Origin: the human T2T-CHM13v2.0 reference genome, Homo sapiens
Assembly (NCBI RefSeq): GCF_009914755.1
Contig: NC_060942.1
DNA: 64,000 bases
Direction: 5' to 3' (one strand)
The notes below the pieces were generated by a model. The model was not told where the DNA came from. It searched no databases and saw only the letters and a list, made by a program, of their open reading frames with translations. Positions 24,851 through 39,271 of this stretch are shown piece by piece; position 1 is the stretch's first letter; every line of letters begins with the position of its first letter. A program made the position numbers and the translations under genes.

Positions 24851-27800
24851 ATTTACTCTCTTTGTAAAATAAATGTAAAAATTTTTTTTAAATTCATATA
24901 AAATAGCAGATGTGCACAGATTTTTTTCATTGCATTTCACTTGTGTATATATTTTTAACATTTAAAATATATTTTTAGGGATACTCTGCTAAAAATTTAG
25001 GACTAAAGGAAAGCAAAACATAGTTTCTGTCATAAAAATTTTGTACTCTAGTAGAAGTCCTGCATGGAAATATATAATTGCAATTAACATTTACAGTTGC
25101 TTTACTTCTGCAAGGTAGTTTTTAAAAATTATCAACTTTTTCTATGTTGAGATCTTTAAACTTTTTTTGGTAATTTGGAAACATTATTTCATATTTAATG
25201 AATAATAAGTTGATGGATTATGTATTTACTGACAATATTTCTTTAATGTTCTTATAAATTACAAACAACTTCACTGGAAATCACACGTTGGAAATTATCT
25301 TTTCAATATCCTCAGTTGAATTTCATTTGATTTTTATCCTGTTGCATGGGATTTCTTTTCTCCTTGCTTCAACACTTTTCAAAATATTTCACACCATACT
25401 ATCTTTACATTAGTTTGTTTGACTATTCAATGCATTCCTTAAATCTAGATTTGCTTTGGTATGCATTTTGCTTGTTTTATGATTGTTCAATGGCTGATGG
25501 AGGCTTTCCTTATGTCTAAAATGCTTTTCTTTTAGTTTTTTTTTTTTTTAATCATGGACTTATTCTTATTATCTCTTTTCTTTATGGAGATGCTAGTTAT
25601 TCAACCAATATTGGTTGGTTCCAGGTGTACTCCATTCTGTCTGTTACTATTTTCCATTTTTAAAAAATTGATTAACTTCCTGTGCACTCTAGAAGCTTTT
25701 CTTAGTTTTTATTGTTTTATGCATCAGTAATTCAATTATCTTCCCTATTTTATGCCCGCAATGAAGATTTTATACCCACAGCAATTTTGGTTTTGTTGCA
25801 TTGTTCACTTATCTCCATCTTTGCCTTCTGATGGTAGCCGTATGTTTAATAAAGACACCCGCCTTCTTGAAGATTTTCTAAAAATAAATACACCACTTTC
25901 TAAAAATGGTCTTTGTATGGCAGCATTCCTAATACAACTTGGTTGTCATTCAGTTTTACTTCTGTAGTAGAAAGAGTACTATCTGCATTTCATTTTACCC
26001 ATTTGGTATGGACCACAACATCTGACCTACATTTACTACTACCTATGTGTTTCAGGTAATAAAATACACTGGCTTCTTTCTGATAATGTTCTTTCACTGG
26101 AATCCTTTTTACAAAATGACTAAAACTTGTTTAGTTGTTGTTGCTGTTTAATCTGGAGATTGATATTGAAAACAATCTATTCAAGCCCAGCCTACATTTT
26201 GTAGACAGCTTCTATTAGTTCAAATTCTTATAGTATACTCTTTCCTCTATTCAAATTTGAAAATTCTCAGATTTTTTACTGTACCTTGGTTAATGCTGTT
26301 TCTTCTTCTTTAAATTCTAACTAAAAATTAGTAGGCTTTAAATAACAAATATTGATGCCCTTATGAGGATTTTTTATCCTATTTTTTTGGTGATATTGTT
26401 TATCAGCTTATGCTTCTTTTTAAACTTCTTTAATGTTTTATGTCTTAATAAGATCTAAATCATCTTGGCTGCTACCATATATTTGCAAATTAGTCAAAGA
26501 ATAATGAGAACCTACAGTACTAAATATTAAAAAACACTTACTGTGTAAGAGGATGAATGTCTTACCTCTATAAAATGCTAGGCTATGATAGCCTATGCTG
26601 AGCTTCTATGGTTTGAAATAATATAAAATGCACTTATGCAAATTAAATACATATTTAAAAAATATCAATAGAAAGCATATAATTTCTACTTAGAAAGCAG
26701 AGATACGAAATTTTGAAAATCCTTGTCATAAAACTTTGGCTAGTTATAAATGTTAACTGTATAATTCCTCACTCCAAAATATAAGCATCAATGGATGACC
26801 CAGCTCTATCTTATGTATGCATTTTTTCAATTTAATTGGACATAACGAATTTTAATTCTGGTAAACTGTGAAAACATGAATTATTTCATGCATTGTCAGT
26901 TAGAAAATTATAAAATTAAGGCAGTTGTTTTATCTTTTTCCCCTCTCAAGTTTCAAAGTTACTTCTGACATATCGACAAGAAGGCTTTCTTTTAAACATC
27001 CAAAATAATAAATATGGGGATAACTACTAATTATAACACCTTCTTGAATCCCTTTGCCTGTTATATTTGCTATCATAAGCTAAATACAATCTTGCTCACT
27101 TTTGTTTCTTTGGACAGCCTGTCATCTGAGGCACATATTAAACTGTAAATATTCTTTTATTTCCTGGAAAAGTTGGACAGTAAATTTTACTACTTTGACC
27201 TTTTTAATATTCTCCATTTTGACTGGTTGTCTGTTCCAATCACACTTCCTGGGATGGTAAACAGGGCAAGGTGGGTATGGCAAGCAAATCAAATTACAGA
27301 ATACTGAAAAGGTCATGGTGAGACGGTTTTAACTTCACACAAGAGAGAAGGGGGAAAAATATTTATAATGTTTGAAAAATGAGTAAATATGATTTTGTGC
27401 ATGTGTTAACAAGCAACTAGTAAAAGCCAATGATAAGCGTCCTCTTCTTTATCCCAAATTTTAAATTATTTTTGGACTTTATCTGAAAAGTCACAAGGCA
27501 TATTCTCACAGTAGATTTAATATAATTCATTCTAATTCCCTTATATTTAATAACATATCACATCACCCCTAACAGGAGACCTTTAGTCTATTAGTACAGA
27601 TAGTATTTAACAAAATAACAATTGTACAATAGTGTAAATTTCCACTTTTCCTTTCCATCCAGAAGATGGCTTAAAATATTGACTAGTAGACTCAGATGGA
27701 AGTTGAACTTTATTTGGTTTATTTAGCCTTCCTGAAATTTCCCACAGCTCCATTTATTTTCCCCTTGCTATTTGAAACTCAGAGGACCAATCTTTTCAAT

Positions 27801-30800
27801 GTGCTATTACTTTCATAGATGGATAACTTCTCAAATGTTAACAACACATAAACAAAAATCAGTTGTACACATTAATCACAGGTGAAGTTTTTTCAAAACA
27901 CAAATAGAGACATTGGCTGAATGTTGGCAGTGAAATGATTGTAAAGCATCATACAGGGATAAACTGATATGTACATCTGTGCTGTGAATAGTCATCTTAA
28001 GATAAAAACTCTGATAGTCTTATCAAACTATGGAAAAATATGGTAGAATTTAGTGACTTATTCGTCATTAAAAATACACCCTAAATTTTTACAATCAAAT
28101 GAAACATTCAATTACCTAATACTGAGTTTAGCTGTCAACTCAGCCCATCATCTTCTCCTAAGGATTTATGTTGATAGGTCAGCAATCATCCCAAGCATTG
28201 TTGGTGTCCATGGCAAAGTTGGGGGAGATGATAGGCCGTGAAGCATGTCACTTTTACTCATAATTCTTTAGCTGGAACTTGCTGCTATATCCACCTGTAT
28301 TACAGGGAGCAGGACACAAAATCTCACCATGTAGATAGAGGCAAGAAGTCGTAAATATTTCTTAGCAGTGTTAATAACTACCTCAAGGGGTAATAAGTAC
28401 TTGGGAAAATACATTATATAGTGAAAGATAGGTTCACATTTTCATCCCGAACATTAGAGCCACACGTATTGAAATTCTCTTTTATTTTCCTTTGGATTTT
28501 AGCAAGAGCTGAAAGACTTGCAGTTATCTCCCCAAGAGTGGCCTTTGTGATTCATTAATAGATGAACACTCCTGAAGTGGGTATGTCTGACTAGGGTACT
28601 GATTGTCCCAGATGGTTGGCTTGAATAAATGTTCAGACCTAATATTCCATCATTTATGTAAACTGCCTGAAGTGCACAACAAATACAACAATAGTTATTA
28701 GCACATGTGACCTACGTTATTTAGGAATTAATTCATCACAAGTTACAGAAAAGGACTCAAGATGTTTTTCAGCAAAAAATAAAATAATTTATTAAGATGA
28801 TATTAGTGTGGCTTGTAGAAAACAAGGATGATAATGAGTCTGGAGCTTAGAAAAAACTACCTAAGAAAGAAAATGCCATCAGAATCAACTCTCAGTCTTT
28901 TGTGTGTTCTTCTGTCCGTATGCTTTTCCCCTGCTCCTCTCTTCTCCTCTCTTCCGTCTCCTCCTCTTCCTCCTCCTTATTCTTCTTTAATAGCACAAGG
29001 CTTCTTTTTCTTAAGTGATCAACGTGGTTGGATACTTTTAAAAAGAAAGTTTAGAAAACTTTTTTGAATATCCTGAACATGAGGAATCAATTTCAAATTC
29101 AGTGTTGGGGGACAATGTTCTAAATTAGATCTTCTCTAGGAGAAGACCATGCTGTCTGAAAAGAGAGTAAGTTGGTGGTTATATTCAGGTTGAATATTCG
29201 CCCAAGGTTCCACCCATGATGGCTATGTGAAAGAGGGTCATAAGTAATATGTGTACACCCCCTGCAGTGAGTTCAGCAAAGAAGGTTTAGGTCATGGACT
29301 GATGTGGTCCCCACTCTATTACTTTATCGTAAACATTTTCTACGCCGCTGCTAGACTACATGTGTTACGTTATTTACTGTTACATTATCAATATCTATAA
29401 GTGCCCAACACATATTAAGTAGTAAAAATGTATTTATTAAGTAATAAAAACAAATATTTCTGAGAACATATAATTATTTGCAAATATCAGAAACTTATGA
29501 AATTTGTTTCCAACTGACCATTTTTAAGTATTTGTTTTAAAGTGAAGAAATAAAATTCCTTCTGTGGTAGATATAATTGGTTGTTTACCTGATATTTAGT
29601 TACTTCTTATTCTCTGTAAAATAATCCCAATTTTGTTAATCTGGCTCTTTGTGTCGTACATAGACTTTGTAAATCACAGGAAGCTAACTTTATCCTTCTG
29701 TCCAGAGGTAGGTCCTGACCCGTCTAAATAATCATGCTTATCTGTAATTGATACAGAAACAGGCTAAATTGAATCAGGACACAGAAGAGAATATTCTCGA
29801 GATAAACGTCAGTAGTTAAAGGTAGGTACAAGTCCTATACTGACTTGATCCCTATAAAGAAATAACTTTAATCTCTTGGCTATGAGAGAAGTTTCCTTTT
29901 TTTTCCACCCTATATATGAAAAGACAAAAAAGGCCCTAGGTTCTGCTAATAGCCATCTTGCAAATATGAAAACAATAAGACTGAATGAAGACTGGCATGA
30001 TAAATAAGGTGAAAATCTGAGAAACAGAGCTAGGACTCAGATTCACCACATCTGGCACTGGCCCTTCCTTTGAATATCCTGCTATATGAGATAATGTTGC
30101 CATTTTTCTCAGAGCTGATTTGAAAAAGGCTATTTGTTACTCATAGCTGAGGAAAACAAATGAATAGTTATCCCTAAATATATCTTTGCCTTTAATTGTG
30201 AGCTAATGGCCCCTTATAACACTTAAGTGTCTTAAAATATATATTAAATTCCAAATGCAAATTTATTCTACTTAGCTTTATTCCCAGCTTTCAAAGTGGT
30301 TGTTCATTAATAGTATAGTAAAAGAGAAAAAAAAGGAAGAAAGAAAAGGGGAAAAAAAGAATGTATATTTACCTACCATTTTCCACCATAAAAGTTTGAC
30401 TAGCCAAACTACAAATGATCCTTGTCTCTTAATATAATTAATCTGTATTCACTTAATTAGTCTTTGACTCAGATTACTATATGTATTTCAAAGTAATTGA
30501 ACAGTCTTACAAGCCTTATAATTCAGACTTTTATTATGTCAGGTATCTGTTCTCTTTAATTATTTCACCTTAATTGTTTTTGAACAGTCCACTCCTCTCT
30601 AGAAAACTATGCATCTTTCAGGCATTTCTACTATTTCAGAATGACCATCAAAAGTGCACTTTATGACTTCTGTTTCTAAAAGTATCTACAATGAAATGGA
30701 CTATTTAGAAAAATTTTATTTAATAAAGTGTGAAATAGGTAATCATACAAGAGGAAAAGTACAGATTTACCATCATCTGAAACAGCCTATAGAATTGTCA

Positions 30801-30860
30801 TTAAAATGGGCTTTGGTGGCATGCACTCTTCCATTTTTTGGCAGGCTAGAAGTGTGAAGC

Positions 30861-30946
30861 AAACGTCGTTTAGTACAGTCCATATCCCTAATCACTGTGA
30901 AGTAAACGTCATTTAGTACAGTCCATATCCCTAATCACTGTGAAGT
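30861..30946. repeat. 43-bp tandem duplication (42/43 identical)
   Basis: aaacgtc(g/a)tttagtacagtccatatccctaatcactgtgaagt x2. Confidence 0.95.
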
Positions 30947-31800
30947 ATACAGCAATGAAAACCTTTATCTTAAAGCACGTGTTTGCACCCTAAAATTGGA
31001 AGGAAAAGTTAACTAGTAGATACTTTAATGTTGCGATGAAGAAACATTATAGGGCAATTCTAAAGGCCATACAAGATTGCAGGGCAGAGTTGGGAAGCTT
31101 TTAAAAAAACACAAATTGAGATGGCAGAAAGAAGTGAGGCAGGAAGAAAATACTTGCCCAAAGTGGAGGGCAGCCAAGATTCTGAGATTTTGTCCCACGT
31201 GGCAGACCTTGGATGTCTCAAGTGACTTGGGCAACAATTTACTTCCCTTAAGATAGAGAACTTCCATAATTAAAAGGGACTAATAATTGTATTGTAAAAT
31301 ACTGACTTAATTCAGATATAAAGTAAAGGATAACTGTAATATTTCTTCAGGAGTAACCACTCGCCTGAATCTTATAAACAACCAGATAATCATGTTTAAA
31401 AGTGTTTAAACAGTATTTGTAAGTATGGGAAACATTAGTTAAATTTAGGCCTTTGAAAAAACAACTATATATATGAGATAATCTAATATGAACTTTTATT
31501 TTGATGTTTTAAACGGATGAAAATAAAGTCACATGGGTATGTTTAAAGTTTTCGACAACCACTTTATTACCATCTTTGCTACTTAAAATATGACCTTGAT
31601 GCTTAAATTGCATGTTTAATAAAATGTTTCTTCTAAATATCATTTAATGAATTATTATTTTATAAGATTTTGTACTAAAGGGGGTTTTCTAGAAAAGTAT
31701 TCATCTTTTCATAACAAAGATGACTCATCATTTTGTATTATTCATATTTGGCCAGGCAGGAGAAAAATATAATGGAGACTAATGGAATAGCTGGAATCAT

Positions 31801-31983
31801 GTTGCCTTTTGAACAAAGAACTTTTAATCTCACCACTCACAAATAAGTTGGCCACAAGTTTTATTAGACAAGAATGTTGTTCCCAAATTATTTTGTCTTT
31901 TACTCAAACATATATCAAAATCCAATTGTATTATGTTGGCTGTTATGTTCTTGCCTCTTTAGAACAAGAAAGTTTTCAAAAGA
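31801..31983 (+). repeat. Copy 1 of a 183-bp non-tandem direct duplication
   Basis: Identical to 33981-34163 except 31880 T vs 34060 C. Confidence 0.95.
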
Positions 31984-33439
31984 GAAACAAGTATAATGGA
32001 GTGTGTATATGCTTACCAAATGTGGACAAGCAATAATGTGTACTGTATACATGGTCAGTTTTAACATATTACGAACACTTCTGATATCCTCATATGACTT
32101 ATTTTTTTAAAATGTTGAGCTTTTTTAAGGTCCATATATTTAGCAATCTGGTTCTACTGTCAAGGGAAAACCCTTATTCATGAAAAAATAATAAGCTTAG
32201 GATAAGCATAATTAATTTTATTCTATAAGTCAAGACATATTTTGATTCTGATTCAGACATAGCTACCTGTTAAACTTATTTCTTGAAATTGTTTGATATT
32301 CAAAATCAAGAATTTTGAGTTTCCCTATTCTGACAAGAATCTCTGACTTTCCCACTCTCTACTGCCTTACTCTGTTGTATTTTCTCTTCATCATTATGTT
32401 TAATATCTTTGATTTTCTCCTATCTCCTCCTTTAAATGTTTAAAGATCCTCAATTGCTTTTATTTATATTATTCCTAGTGCTACCATCTTCCATTTGTAA
32501 TGTATTCTGCACACTATTGTTAGATTAAACTTTCTAGTGAAAAACTTATGCTTATCCTGCTTTCTGTGAAAAAACTATCACTGTCTCCCTACTTCCAATG
32601 GAATGAGTTAGTTTCTTTAAAGTAATGTTTAAGGTGCCCTATCATCAAGTTCCTCCCGTCAATTCAACTTTGTTCTGCACTTTACGCAAAACTATGCTCC
32701 AGACAAAGTGAACCATTCACATTTTCTCACGCTCGTGTTACAGCCTTGTCAATCTTACCCTACATTAATCTCTTCATTTATGCTTTGTTATGACTACTGA
32801 AATTGTTGTTATCTATAAGGCAAAACATAAAGGTTACCTTTGAGAAAAATATCTTCTAATCTTACATCAAAGGGTGATTTTGCTCTTCTCTAAACTATCT
32901 ATGATTTACCTGTACTTCCCTTATAATACTTGTTATAGACTTATTTGTATTAAAAATCTATGCAATATTATTTCATCATTCATATTAAAATATTACTTTC
33001 TTCAGGGAATAAATTAGACCTGCTTTTGTCATCTTGGGAAATCCTATAATACTAAAATAATGTATTATGTGATAAATATTAATATTTTAATATACCCTGA
33101 GATTTACTAAAATTATTTTATATAACAAAATATTTGCTAACTGAAAAATGTAATTTCCAAAATGATTCAAGGGAAAACATTTCACTTAAGATATTCACTA
33201 GTACTATTTAGAACATATAATCTATTAACCAATATATTTCTCATAGACATGAAAGTAAATAAACGCTATTGCGTTTATATTATGATGTACTTTCTGAATA
33301 TTTTATGACATATTCTTATTCTGGTCTACTCTTCTAAAATGCTAGTTTTATTTTCTTTTAATTGTCTTAAATTCTTAGAATGTGGAATGCACATAACTAG
33401 TTACTGCTTATTAATTTAAAGACATTTGTCAGGAGGAAA

Positions 33440-33570
33440 ACTTCCAAACAGATCTGTGTGCTTTTTGCTGCTGCTTTCTGAATAGTTAGCATAGTCCTTA
33501 GCACATAATAAACATTCGATAACTATTCACTGATTAAATGGAGGAATGAATGAATGGCTACATGAATGAA
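33440..33570 (+). mobile_element. L2 3' end fragment
   Basis: 'agcatagtccttagcacataataaacattcgataactattcactgattaaatggaggaatgaatgaatg'. Confidence 0.6.
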
Positions 33571-33980
33571 AATGTATAAACACATAACGGTCTGAATGTT
33601 TCTAGGAGTGCTTTAGTGATTTCACTTGCTATAATTTCATCTGGCACTGCATAGTTTGAACACTTTATGTAGCGTAATAGTTGCAACTCTGAATAAAGGT
33701 CACATTGAACCTACTTCAATGACATTTTACTTCACAAAGAAGAAAAAGGATTTCATTATAATCTCCACAGTTTAAAATTCATTTTGTAAAACTTAAAATT
33801 ATGTCACAATGACATTTAGCACATGGATATAGTTGGAATTATAAAGGGATTTATTTTCTAAATTTAAAAATGCTTTTTATAGCTATGTCCTATGTCCTAA
33901 TATCTGAATTTCTTCTCTAGAATATATATAATTATTTCCAAAACATTGCATGTATCACTGGATTAATACTGAATAGGCAA

Positions 33981-34163
33981 GTTGCCTTTTGAACAAAGAA
34001 CTTTTAATCTCACCACTCACAAATAAGTTGGCCACAAGTTTTATTAGACAAGAATGTTGCTCCCAAATTATTTTGTCTTTTACTCAAACATATATCAAAA
34101 TCCAATTGTATTATGTTGGCTGTTATGTTCTTGCCTCTTTAGAACAAGAAAGTTTTCAAAAGA
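33981..34163 (+). repeat. Copy 2 of the 183-bp non-tandem direct duplication
   Basis: Offset 2180 bp from copy 1, one mismatch. Confidence 0.95.
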
Positions 34164-34354
34164 AAACTCTGAGATATTCTTTATGACCAGATAATCATGT
34201 CTGTTTCTACCTGAAATTTCTCTGCTGGCCACAGATGACTAAATGAGGAATAGCTGTATAACTAAAAGGTAGCCAATGTATAGGCTATCAACCCATAAGT
34301 TGGTACAATAGCACCACCCAAGATAAATTCCTTAGGTTAATGCTAGGCAACTGA

Positions 34355-34684
<330 letters not shown>

Positions 34685-34697
34685 ATCTTAGAATTTC

Positions 34698-35110
34698 TGT
34701 ATCAGGATTTGCTATATTATTCTATGATAGAAGAATCACCCTAAAATCTCAGTGGTGTAAAATAACAATCAAGAATGTCTTACTCATGGTACATATCCAT
34801 TGTGGTTGACTGTAGATTTGTTCCAAGTGTCTTCAGTTCAGGAGACAGATTGACAGAGAACCTCTATTTGAACATTGTCAATCTGCTGGTTGAGGGGAAA
34901 CGGACATAGTAAACAACATTCTGACTTATTGAAGCACCTACTTGGGCATGACATACACCACTTCTACTCACATTACATTGGCCAAGCAAGTGGCATGACA
35001 TAGGTGTGGTCAAGAGAGCAGGCATGTGCAGTTTTTCCATAGAGCGGCCCATAGAAGAGACATGGTAGGTCGTGATAGTGAATATTGAGAAAATAATACA
35101 GTCAGCCACC
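34698..35110 (-). mobile_element. MLT1J/K-like MaLR LTR
   Basis: 'aaaatctcagtggtgtaaaataacaa' and 'cacttctactcacattacattggccaagcaagt'. Confidence 0.65.
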
Positions 35111-37609
35111 TTGTCCCTTTAGAGTTTGAACTAGAGTGAGTCAGCATCACAAGCATAAAGCACCACAAGCATAAGGAGAAAACAGCTGAGCCACAAAAGT
35201 GGCAGATCAGGAAAGGAGAAAGCAAAGCATGCCTGGGGCCATGAGGTAGCTCACCTCTGCAGCCAGAGAAGGCCTGGGTTGTTCTCTCTTGTTATAGACA
35301 TATAGGGAAAGCTGACTTTTTTCACTGAAGGTGTGCTCTTCAAACTATGTCCTATATTTTGTTATGCTTTCAATCATAAAAATAAACCTCCCTTGCTTAA
35401 TGTTCATTCAGTGGCCATTTCTTCAAACACAAAAGAGTCTAACATCTAACAAGAAAACGGTAGTGAAGCTTTGTGGTTTTCTTTCTCTTCCTTAAAGAAA
35501 ATAACTCTCAAATAATTAGAAGAAACTCTAATTCAATAGCTTATATGAGTATATACTTTTTAATTTTTAGAATGTATGCATAGTTTATTTAAAATAAATA
35601 AAAATTTAAACTAAGTTAAGCAGTTTGATGACAGAAAACACAGAAAAGGCATAAGTGCTGAAGGGTTCAATTTGACTAACGTAGTCTGGGACTTCAGAAT
35701 GTGAAACCTGTTTATCCGCCAGTTTCCTAATGGGCATGTTATAGGCATCAGGTTAATATAAAACTAAAAGATGTATATGTATGTGTATGCATGGGGGCGA
35801 GTGTGTGGGGTGGAATTGGCTTATTTGTTTATTTTTATTTTTCTGTCCTCTTCCACAGATGGTGACGTTAGAATTGGCTTGTATAAATGACGGGTAGAAC
35901 CATCTTATATAGCTTTATGTAATTACCAAAATAAACTTATAAAACAAAAATATTTTGTATTTTTATTATTTTATTGCTCCTTTCCTCTTTACAGCACATT
36001 GTCTTAAGAACAAAATCTCAGTTTATGATTTCATTTTTATTTTTTCTGCCATTTTCAGCTTTACAATATTTGCAACATATTATAATCTTCTCATATTGGT
36101 GAATTTTTACTGATCACAGCTTTATAAAAGTATGCATAAAAAAAACCATGATGAATAATGGCTAGAAGCTTATCCAAATTAAATATTGACATGAAAATTT
36201 ACACTTACTTAAAAATATTAGTAAATATTTCATATGATACTTTATATATCCAGATACACTGGACTGTGTAATTATCTAAAATAAAGTCATGCCATATGAT
36301 TCAATGGAATTATAGTTAAATAAGCTCATTTTATCCTAAGGCAGAGTAGACTCTCTCCCCCAGCCCCCCAAAAAATACTGGTGTTAATTATAAAAGGACA
36401 AGCATTTGTTAGTTGATAGCTTTATAGTTGGTTATTTATGAGGAAAACCTCGGATTTGATTTTGTTGTTTTTTTTTCCACTCATGCATTGTTCACTCAAC
36501 AAATATTTCCATAGGCTTGACACTGCTAGGCACCTTGAGCATAAAACTGAATGAGAGCTTGTCTCTGCATTGAGAGTGTGCCTCGTTTACTGGAGAAATG
36601 TTCCCAACACCAGGACCTGTCACAGAAAAGTTATACTTAATACTGTGGTACACACTATTTTACCAACTGCCACTTGGATTCATGTGTCTATGGCCTGGCT
36701 CACTTAATAAAAGGAAGAGCACACTGGCAGTGGAACTTGAAAAAACAATGAAAATAAATTGTTGTTATAGAACTTCTTTAAGATTACTCAGAAAATATTG
36801 CTCACTGTTAATCCCATGAAATCAGCAAGGTGAAAATCTTAACTATGAACAGAGAAGATGGGGAAACATGAAAGTTTGATGTGAAATGGAGAGAAGGAAA
36901 TACAAAAGGGGAAGTAGAAAGACAACAAGAAAATCCTCTTTGTCTCGGGCACAGGAAGGCAAAAAGGCCAGAGGAACAAAAAGTAAAAGAAAGAAAAAAA
37001 TGTAGAAAAAGTGGAGCACATGCAAGGGGAAGGAACTCACTGTGGGCTTCTGGTGCATGAGCCACTGTGGGGGAAAGCTTAGTGGGATGAGCCGAAGGGC
37101 CATCATTCAAATCCTGGCAGGGAAGGTTTTGTGAACTTTAAGAACAGCAGAATTTATCCTACAGACGAACTGGAAAAGAAATCAAGACTGTGGAGAAAAT
37201 GGGCTGACTGCAAAGCAGGGAAAGTCTAATATATATTTTTTCCATTTTATTTAGAAAGAAAATGACACTAAAATAAGAATGTATCAATTTCAAAATATTC
37301 TCAAGTGTAACAAGCTAAAAATTAAACAAGCGTGGAGTGAAAAAGTGGCAAATAAATGTGGGAGTTAAAATATTTTAATTTAAAAATGATACTTTTCAGT
37401 ATTATAGACACATTTAAATCATTTATGGGGAAGGAAGTTAATAAGCTGTAATTAAAAGTTACATAAGCATGGATAATTATGAGTCCTATAACGAGGACAT
37501 TAAATGTTTAAGGAAGTTGGAAAATCAATGAAATAAGCAAATACACAGTTGAAAGGAAAGAATGGACTGTCAAGGTTGGTTGAGGGGAGGGGACCATCTT
37601 TAGAATAGG

Positions 37610-37775
37610 ACAGATACAGGTTAGAAACTCCAACCCTTCCCTTAACTATTTGTTGCTGGGAATACTATTTAACCTTAGTAAGTTTACTCACATTCCTACT
37701 TTTCTTTTAGTGGGAATAATGATGCCACTTTAATGATTAAATAAAATAATGTATGAAAAGTATCTACAGCACTAA
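37610..37775 (+). mobile_element. MIR fragment
   Basis: Degenerate MIR core 'ctatttaaccttagtaagtttactca...gtgggaataatgatgcc...gattaaataaaataatgtatgaaaagt'. Confidence 0.55.
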
Positions 37776-38280
37776 TTTTCACTAAGTTGACTGCATTAAA
37801 GTTACTATGTATGGCCTCACAGATTAAGTACATCACAAATTCATTATTCATATAGACCCAAATACAGCAATCCTACTATATTTGTTTTCATTTTCTGAGC
37901 AACAATGAAAACACAGAGTAAAAGGGAAGGAAAAAAATGAAGTAACATCTCTTAAAATAAAAAAATAATTAGTACCTTGAACTCTAAACACTTTGGAAAA
38001 TAAAGCTTTCTATGAAAAAAGGGAAAGCAAAACAAAATATATAAAGCAACCAACAATTAAATTGTCTTAGTATAAAACAGAAGAGAAGAGGAGAACATTA
38101 CAAATAATAAAAGTATACTGTGTTTTGAAATACAAAAATGAATGCCTCAATAATTTTCAGATATGCATTGGGAAATGAATTCTTACAGTTTGAATAATAA
38201 AATACAATCTGCAGAAGTGTTTAAAATAAACAAATATACTCTGGTTTGTCTTAAGATTGTATAACTCTCTTTAAGGGAAA

Positions 38281-38413
38281 TAACTTTTATCACAAACTTT
38301 ATATAGATGTAGTCATGTACACACATATAATAAATGTTTTTAAAGTAACTTTTATCACAAACTTTATATAGATGCAGTCATGTACACACATATAATAAAC
38401 AATGTTTTTAAAG
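38281..38413. repeat. About 65-bp tandem duplication
   Basis: taacttttatcacaaactttatatagatg(t/c)agtcatgtacacacatataataa...tgtttttaaag x2. Confidence 0.93.
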
Positions 38414-38452
38414 TAATTAAGTAATATCAACAGTCATTAAAAAAGGTAATAA

Positions 38453-38787
<335 letters not shown>

Positions 38788-39271
38788 CTAGAAATTCCAA
38801 TCTCTCAGACAACAAAATTCAAGATTGCTTTTTAAAATATACATAAGAAAGACACGTATACACTTAATGAATAGAGAAATGTCACAGTAGAATTATTAAA
38901 AAGGAAAGAAAACAAAAAATGGATTTCAAAGTGCCATAAATGGCTCCTGAATTCCAATACTTCATTGTACTTAATGTTAGGTAATATAACGTGAGAAATT
39001 AAATTCTCAAGAAAGGCAACACCACTGATGCCACTTTTCTAACCATGTATTCCATAACAGACTTGAATTCACCTTTTCCTCCTCCTCCCACACCTCACCA
39101 TCATGGTTATTCTATGTCAGACACTGTTTCTGGGGGGTTACATGGCTCATCTCATTTTAACCTTCATTTTAGTGACAAAGGTCTGAGACCAACACAAAGT
39201 TTACACAACTTTCATGTGATAAAACTAATATAAAAAATGAGATGCTTTTGTCTAACATTAAAATAACAAAA

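Noticed and set aside
28050-30150. Possible very old MLT1-type LTR fragments
   Set aside because: Only faint motif resemblance; I could not define boundaries or family by eye.
31809-34186. Two ORFs with the same N-terminal ~58 aa (MNKELLISPL...), like a duplicated small gene
   Set aside because: They are a by-product of the 183-bp DNA duplication. Both start at TTG and have no gene structure.
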